From Macrostomum lignano (Eukaryota): a DNA stretch of 64,000 nt. Numbering within the stretch: position 1 is the first letter of the stretch; each line of letters begins with the position of its first letter. Positions 60,070 through 64,000 of the stretch are shown piece by piece. A program made the translations under genes and the position numbers. A model generated the notes under the pieces. The model was given only the letters and a program-made list of their open reading frames with translations, made no database searches and was not told the origin of the DNA. The stretch spans positions 1 through 64,000 of the forward strand of contig NIVC01001399.1 of NCBI GenBank assembly GCA_002269645.1, read 5' to 3'.

Positions 60070-63000
60070 TAGAGGTCGGACGGGATCCCGATCCCGATCC
60101 CGAAACCTCGGGATCCCAAGGAAAATTGGATTCCCGCGGGATCGGGATCCCGACCCTAAAAAAAACGGGAATCGGGAACAGGTCCTTTGGTTCCAAATTT
60201 GTAGAATTGATGATTGCTTTTATGCATTTTGTTTTACTTGTACTTGTTACATCGTTACTTTTTTGGTTACAAAACTTTGCATTCATTCTCTCGTGTTTTA
60301 CCTCTTGATCTTAACATTGTTAAAGTTATAAATATTCCATTGATATTTACAAACTTTGTAGAACATATAAATCAAATCGGATTAGTACGCATGGTTGCGC
60401 AATGATTAGTGAATAGAAATTACAGAAGCTCAATACATGCGCAATCTTTGCTGCGATTAAAATTTGATCACTCCCTTTTCACTCCATTATAAGAACACAA
60501 AAACTTTTTTTTCTCCCTTATTTTAGCACGTCTAGGCCTGTGATTGTGTGCGCAAAGGTTATATAACTTGCGCAATCGTTTATTAATTTATTTTCACTGT
60601 TTCAGTTTCATCATTTTTGGGCGTGAAATCTGAGGAGTGAATTCAGTAGTTAGTGTTAACACATGCTGCTTGTAATGTTGTATCTTAAATAGCTTTTTAC
60701 TTTTTGTGTAATGTAAATAATGTTTTTTTTAAATGTTATGATCGTTTGTTCTATTTTTAATTGCTAAAATAAAATAAATAAACCAAATGTCTTTAGACAG
60801 GATTTACATCAATATTTTCCATTCCAAATGCTTTCCAATTACTTAACAAATCACTTATCAAGTCATCATTAATTCATTCATCAGTCGTTGTGCAGGTGGA
60901 AAGTTGCAAACTTCTGTTGTTTATTTCTCAATAAAAAGGCAGTTGGTGGATGCTACAAAAATGGTACATGTACATTTACAAGTGTAACTTCCTGATTTGC
61001 CTCACAGAGATGGAGATCTTAGTGATATGGATAACGTGAGTGCCATCGGCAGAAACTGTTCGCTTTAAACAAGCAACAAAAAACAGGATATAAGAAAGCA
61101 CAACAGCAGACAAAGTAGGCAATATTTTACTTTTGCACGTTTAATTATTTTACTTTGAATTAGTGTTGAAGTAGGACATCGTGATCCACCTTACAAATAT
61201 AGATAAATTGTGTCATATTTTAAAAGGCTAAAATTTCATATCACTTTCTATCAAATCTACAAATTTGTTAAATGTTTAAGGAATAAGGTCCTCAGGGATT
61301 TTATATTGCTTTTTATAATGTGGATCGCAACTTCCCTTTTAGCGCCAATCTAAATTGAAAAAGTAACTGCGTAAGCCATAAAGTAAAAAATGCCTAAAAA
61401 TCCGTAACAAACGTCTCTAGCATTGGCAAAGTGCATCTTCGAAATTATTTTCCGGCATTGAAGTCAACAAATGGCAAATTAATCTTACACAAAACAATCT
61501 TTTCTAGCAAATCAGGTGACAGAGAAGCCCGCCTATCTGAGAAAACATTTCTAGCAATACTAAATAGCCTTTCACTAGAAACGCTAGATGCAGGAATGCA
61601 AAATAGTTTTTTCACTAAGGGAATAATCGAAGTCCGAAGCCTTTCATTTGCCTTTGTAGACCAGTAGATAAGTGGATCACTACTGGCTGGCTCCAGTTTT
61701 GAGGTTAGAAACTCCGTCAATAGCTCTTCAATGCAGCTGCTGGGCTGCAGCACTGAGTTGGCATTAAAATTACTGAACAGATCGTCCAGAAGACGGCGCT
61801 TTGGAGGAGGGGGCTGGTCTAAAGCTTCCCTCGTGCATTCATCATCCTCTGGAGAAGGCGAACTTGCAAAGTTGCCATTGCCAGAAGTTACTTCTTGTTC
61901 TTGTCTACTATTATGACCAGTGACAGTAGTAGTCGTAGAACAGAATTCTAACACAATCTTCTTCTTCTGGTCTCTCTCAGCAGCAGGGAAAAAAGCAAGC
62001 TTGTAACGCGGATCTAGGGCTGTTGCCAGGATGCAGTCCAATCTGATAGGGATGTCAGAAAATCGCGAATTGACACCACGTACCAGTGAATCAAACAGCG
62101 ACCTCACACCCAAAATTGCATCCTTATCAAGTGCTGCTTTTTCGAGAAACTTTTGCAACAGTGCAACCATTGGAATCAAATATGAGATGCTGGTTGACTC
62201 TTTGCTAACTTCCAGAGTTAGCTCTTCAAAAATTGAAAGCAGATTAACTACTTTTTCAATTATGGTAAATTCATTGCTCGAAATTTCTTCGAAATCCGAT
62301 CGATCAGCAACGAAGGCAGAGATAGCACTTCACTATTCCAAAACTCTTTGCAGCATGTGTAATGTAGAGTTCCAACGAGTTGGAACATCACACTTGAGCT
62401 TGTGCTGTGGCAGCTCCAATGCTTTCTGAAGCTTTTCAAATCGGCCTTGAGATGTTGTTGAATGGTGCATGGAGCTAACAAAGTGTCGGCATTTGCCTAT
62501 AATTGCCTCAACACACGGTTGCTGCTTTAGTGCATCTTGCACAATCAGATTCAACTTGTGAGCTGTACAGCTCACACTTCCTCCGATATTCTCCGAGAAA
62601 TTGGAGTCAGCAGTAGCACCATTGGCTGAAGAAGGTAGCATTGTGCGCACTGCCTTCAGCATGTTAGCAGCATTGTCAGTAACAATTGCTATTGTTTTAC
62701 TTTCGATACGCCAGTCAGCGAAAATCTCAGTCAGCACATTTGCAATGTTAGAAGAAGTGTGAACTTCAATCAGATGTTGCATAGCCAGTGTTGTGCTAAA
62801 TCTCTCTAGCTTGCAGACTTGAGCTTGGGTGTTGTCGTTGCAACAATCAGCCTCAGAGACGGAAAGCATTTCTTTGATTCCGTGGACTGTGAGTCCAAGG
62901 AAGGACAGGCCTTTTTCAGACCAAATGTCACAGGTAACTGCCACTGAGGTCAAGTCGTCAAGCTGCTGCCTGATGTTCTTCTTGGCACAGTTGTACACAT

Positions 63001-64000
63001 CATTGAGCTTTTCGCGGTAAAATTTTTCAGACTTAATTGTATACTGTGGTGATGCAATCTTCATCAGGCCTTGAAATCCTGCTTCTTGAACCATGGTCCA
63101 TGGTTGACCATCCAACAATATCATACAAACAATTGCTAAGTCAAGTTCCTTTGACCTGGAATCCTCGATGTCCCATGGACGGCTTTTCTTAATTGATTGT
63201 TGCAATGTTGGCTGGAAAAGCCCTTCAGCTTTTGAGCTCTCCTTCAGTTTCTGGCTGTCTCTCTGCTGTTTAATTTGTTGGAGCTCTTCATATAAGTCCT
63301 TATGGCATGATTGTAAATGGCGAAGAGCCCCACTTGTAGATCCAGTGGAACACAGTAACATTTTTCCACAACCTGGGCTTAAGCATTTAGCAAAATCTTG
63401 TCCATTGTGCACTTCCTTTTTAAAAAAGCGCCAGACTGGACTTGAGTTTATACCAGACATTAGGTTGATAACTTGATGTTAATTTGACTTGTATATGGTG
63501 TAGCACTTGTGCTGAAAATGGAAAATGATGAAACATTAGTTATACATGTTTACAATCTACATTATAAGAAAATATATAAAAAATATAGGCACCTAATGGT
63601 TTTAGAATTATTTTTATAGTTTGTTATTGAAAGTACTAAACATAAACAGTTTAAATCAAATGGCAATAAACTAGGCCTATTTAGTGACTAGTAATGATAA
63701 TAAGATAATAATAGCAAGTTGATTGTTGAATAATAAAAAATTCACTGAATTATTTGAATAAAAACTATAGATTGAAAAATGAAATAGCATGCTAAGCTAG
63801 GATATTCAATGCCTATGCCCTTATTCACTTTTTTTTCAATAAGATTTTTAGAGACATTAAATACAGGACAAAGGCCTAGTATTATTCTAAGGAATAGGCT
63901 AGATTACATTAAAATCAATTGAAGAATTTAATTACAAAAATAATAATCAAACTGAACTCCTAACTCTATTCTATTAAATAATTCTTAATATTGACTTGAC
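60070..64000 (-). mobile_element. hAT (Ac/ZBED-type) transposon; other end outside window
   Basis: Starts TAGAGGTCGGACGGGATCCCG with multiple GGGATCCCG subterminal repeats after GTCTAGAC (NTCTAGAN-like hAT target); contains a transposase frame. Confidence 0.8.
61445..63460 (-). pseudogene. BED zinc-finger hAT transposase (ZBED1/4-like), 671 codons, two adjacent in-frame stops
   Basis: SPVWRFF...C...C...ALRHLQSCH (BED), VAVTCDIWS, IVTDNAANM, CTAHKLNLIV, DVPTRWNST, IPASSVSSERLFS. Both ORF pieces share one frame, broken by TAG TGA at 62330-62335. Confidence 0.9.

Overview
Repeat-rich invertebrate metazoan genomic DNA. Short GT-AG introns, very large simple-repeat arrays and a flatworm-type NPF gene suggest a free-living flatworm such as Macrostomum, but this is inference only. 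Three spliced host genes can be reconstructed exon by exon with consistent splice phases. (1) A CCDC162/DUF4549-like gene on the minus strand (ATG 14591, at least 18 exons, running off the left edge). (2) A ZnT1/SLC30A1-like zinc exporter on the plus strand (30855-38951, 8 coding exons, one GC-AG intron). (3) A neuropeptide F/Y precursor (47065-55911) with the conserved intron inside the RPRF arginine codon. Mobile elements: a complete 6.2 kb hAT element (23773-29997, 14-bp TIRs, 8-bp TSD TTGTCAAC), a second BED-finger hAT with two adjacent stops, two 8-bp-TSD MITEs, a 5'-truncated RNase H-type LINE and SINE remnants. The most unusual item is the 6.2 kb hAT, whose spliced transposase frame begins with a signal-peptide-like segment and a lamin-tail-domain-like module. 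Other observations: a minisatellite apparently grown from a LINE target site, intronic minisatellites built from DR4 and AP-1 motifs, a possible second amidated peptide in the NPF precursor, and a CpG plus CWG decay signature in old repeats. All homology calls are from recalled family motifs; no database search was run.
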